From Macrostomum lignano (Eukaryota), in the NCBI GenBank assembly GCA_002269645.1, contig NIVC01000822.1, forward strand, positions 1-64,000: DNA of 64,000 nt, read 5' to 3'. Under the pieces are notes generated by a model, which saw only the letters and a program-made list of their open reading frames with translations, was not told where the DNA came from and made no database searches. The position numbers were made by a program, and so were the translations under genes. Of the stretch, positions 62,101-64,000 are shown piece by piece. How positions within the stretch are numbered: the first letter of the stretch is position 1; each line of letters opens with the position of its first letter.

Positions 62101-63900
62101 TGTCAGTTCGAAGGTGCTTGAGGAACTGGTTGTGTGAGTTCGAAGGTGCTTGAGGAACTGGTTGTGTCAGTTCGAAGGTGCTTGAGGAACTGGTTGTGTC
62201 AGTTCGAAGGTGGTTGAGGAACTGGTTGTGTGAGTTCGAAGGTGCTTGAGGAACTGGTTGTGTCAGTTCGAAGGTGCTTGAGGAACTGGCTGTATCAGTG
62301 CGAAGGTGCTTGAGGAACTGATTGTGTCAGTTCGAAGGTGCTTGAGGAACTGTCTGTATCAGTGCGAAGGTGCTTGAGGAACTGGTTGTGTGAGTTCGAA
62401 GGTGCTTGAGGAACTGGCTGTATCAGTGCGAAGGTGCTTGAGGAACTGGTTGTGTCAGTTCGAAGGTGCTTGAGGAACTGGTTGTATCAGTGCGAAGGTG
62501 CTTGAGGAACTGGTTGTGTCAGTGCGAAGGTGCTTGAGGAACTGCATGAGTGTATTAGTGCGAAGGTGCTTGAGGAACTGGTTGTGTCAGTTCGAAGGTG
62601 CTTGAGGAACTGGTTGTGTTAGTTCGAAGGTGCTTGAGGAACTGGTTGTATCAGTGCGAAGGTGCTTGAGGAACTGGTTGTATCAGTGCGAAGGTGCTTG
62701 AGGAACTGGTTGTATCAGTGCGAAAATGCTTGAGGAAAGGGTTTTAATAGTGCGAAGGTAAGGTAGCTAAGGTATCAGTGCTTCAGGAACGGGTTGTATT
62801 AGTGCAAAGGTGCTTGAGGAACGGGTTGTATCGGTGCAAAGGTGCTTGAGGAACGGGTTGTATTAGTGCAAAGGTGCTTGAGGAACGGGTTGTATCGGTG
62901 CAAAGGTGCTTGAGGAACGGGTTGTATTAGTGCGGAAGGTGCTTGAGGAACTGCACGATTGTATAAGTGCGAAGGTGCTTGAAGATCTGGTTGTGTCGGT
63001 GCGAAGGAGCTTGAGGAACTGGTGATATTAGTGCGAAGATGCTTGAGGAACTGGTGATATTAGTGCGAAGATGCTTGAGGAACGGGTTGTATTAGTGCGA
63101 AGGTGCTTGAGGAACTGGTGATATTAGTGCGAAGATGCTTGAGGAACGGGTTGTATTAGTGCGAAGATTCTCAGGGAGCTGACTATGTCAGTGCGAATGA
63201 GTTGGAAAACGGTCTGTGGCATTGCGAAAGTGCTTGATGAAATCATTATCGGTGCAGGTATGTTGGAAAATGAGCCTGAAAGAACATCTCAGGCTCATGA
63301 AAGGTACAACAAGTGAGGTAAAAGTGCTGTGCTAACCCTCGAATCGAATTGCAGTCGCCAGGCACTGCGTCGGAAAAAAGCTTTGCAGCTCTCGCAGCTG
63401 AGCACGTCAAAGTTGTACCCTGAGGCGTGTGACTGGCAGATGGCGCACAGCGGGGTTCCCCCGTTGTTGGCCAGCCTCCTGCGGCGACGCTGAACGGCGG
63501 CAATTGTGTGAGACGGCAGTGCCAGAGGCTCCGGCTTGCCCGACAGAGGCAACAGCGGCAGCGGGGGTGGCAGAGGCGGCTTCGGCCGATGATGCTGATG
63601 ATGCTGGTGCTGGTGATGGTGATGGTGCTGGTGCTGGTGGTGGCCGGGCAGCTGGCTGTGCTGGTGCGGCCCACTGTAGATCGAATGCTGCGGCGTGGCG
63701 ACACTGCCGTCTCCGATTCCTGCGCTTCCACCTCCACGGGACATTCCTGGCCAAGCAAATACCGTAGCCGCCGCGGCCTGGTGCAGAGAAGACACCGCCG
63801 TCGTGAACCGGTGCATCTGCAACTGGGATGGAATTGCCAGACAGCTTTCCTGCGAAACTTGCCCTCCGGCTTTCACCGGCAGCCTTTGACAAGGGTGCAT
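59154..63900 (-). CDS. Nuclear hormone receptor, HR96/DAF-12 (NR1J)-type DNA-binding domain with a divergent LBD; 3' end uncertain
   Basis: Exons 63900-63337, 61530-61413, 61098-60804, 59943-59169(or to the stop at 59154), all phase-compatible. CAICQSHASGYNFDVLSCESCKAFFRRS; CRMAGNC...RKRCPACRLKRCLAAGM; LBD signature-like LPSICLLSPRHRLALLR. Confidence 0.85.
61675..63170. repeat. 32-bp minisatellite (~45 copies) in the intron between the two zinc fingers
   Basis: Unit GCGAAGGTGCTTGAGGAACTGGTTGTATCAGT. Confidence 0.97.
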
Positions 63901-64000
63901 GGGATTGGACTCAGAAGATGCTGAGTCCAGTGTGGATGGGAGCGGACTCAGAGGGAGCTCACTTCAATATTTTATAAGTGACCCTCTGGCATCAGTGAAC

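Overview
Eukaryotic (metazoan) genomic DNA. GC-rich exons, repeat-stuffed introns and the gene content suggest a free-living flatworm such as Macrostomum; this is an inference and the species is not verified. Seven spliced protein-coding genes can be reconstructed by hand: RNA polymerase II subunit RPB7 (+), a fibrillar collagen (-), a divergent V-ATPase V0 subunit a (+), tyrosylprotein sulfotransferase (-), an ENPP/NPP-fold protein with degenerate metal ligands (-), a PRXL2C/AAED1-like thioredoxin-fold protein (+) and an HR96/NR1J-type nuclear receptor (-). Mobile DNA comprises a head-to-tail Helitron-like array (1-7865), a MITE, a hAT-like element inside a minisatellite, an RTE-like fragment, an internally deleted Gypsy element interrupted by a full-length LOA-type LINE with a 13-bp TSD, and a probable tRNA-derived SINE. 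More than 20 minisatellite blocks are present, most of them intronic. The most striking observation is the collagen: a near canonical-length (1017-residue span) major helix split in register by a 21-residue linker carrying a second furin-type site (TRFRR|QA) that mirrors the N-terminal TRVRR|QA site. Exon models rest on splice-site and frame consistency, not on transcript data.
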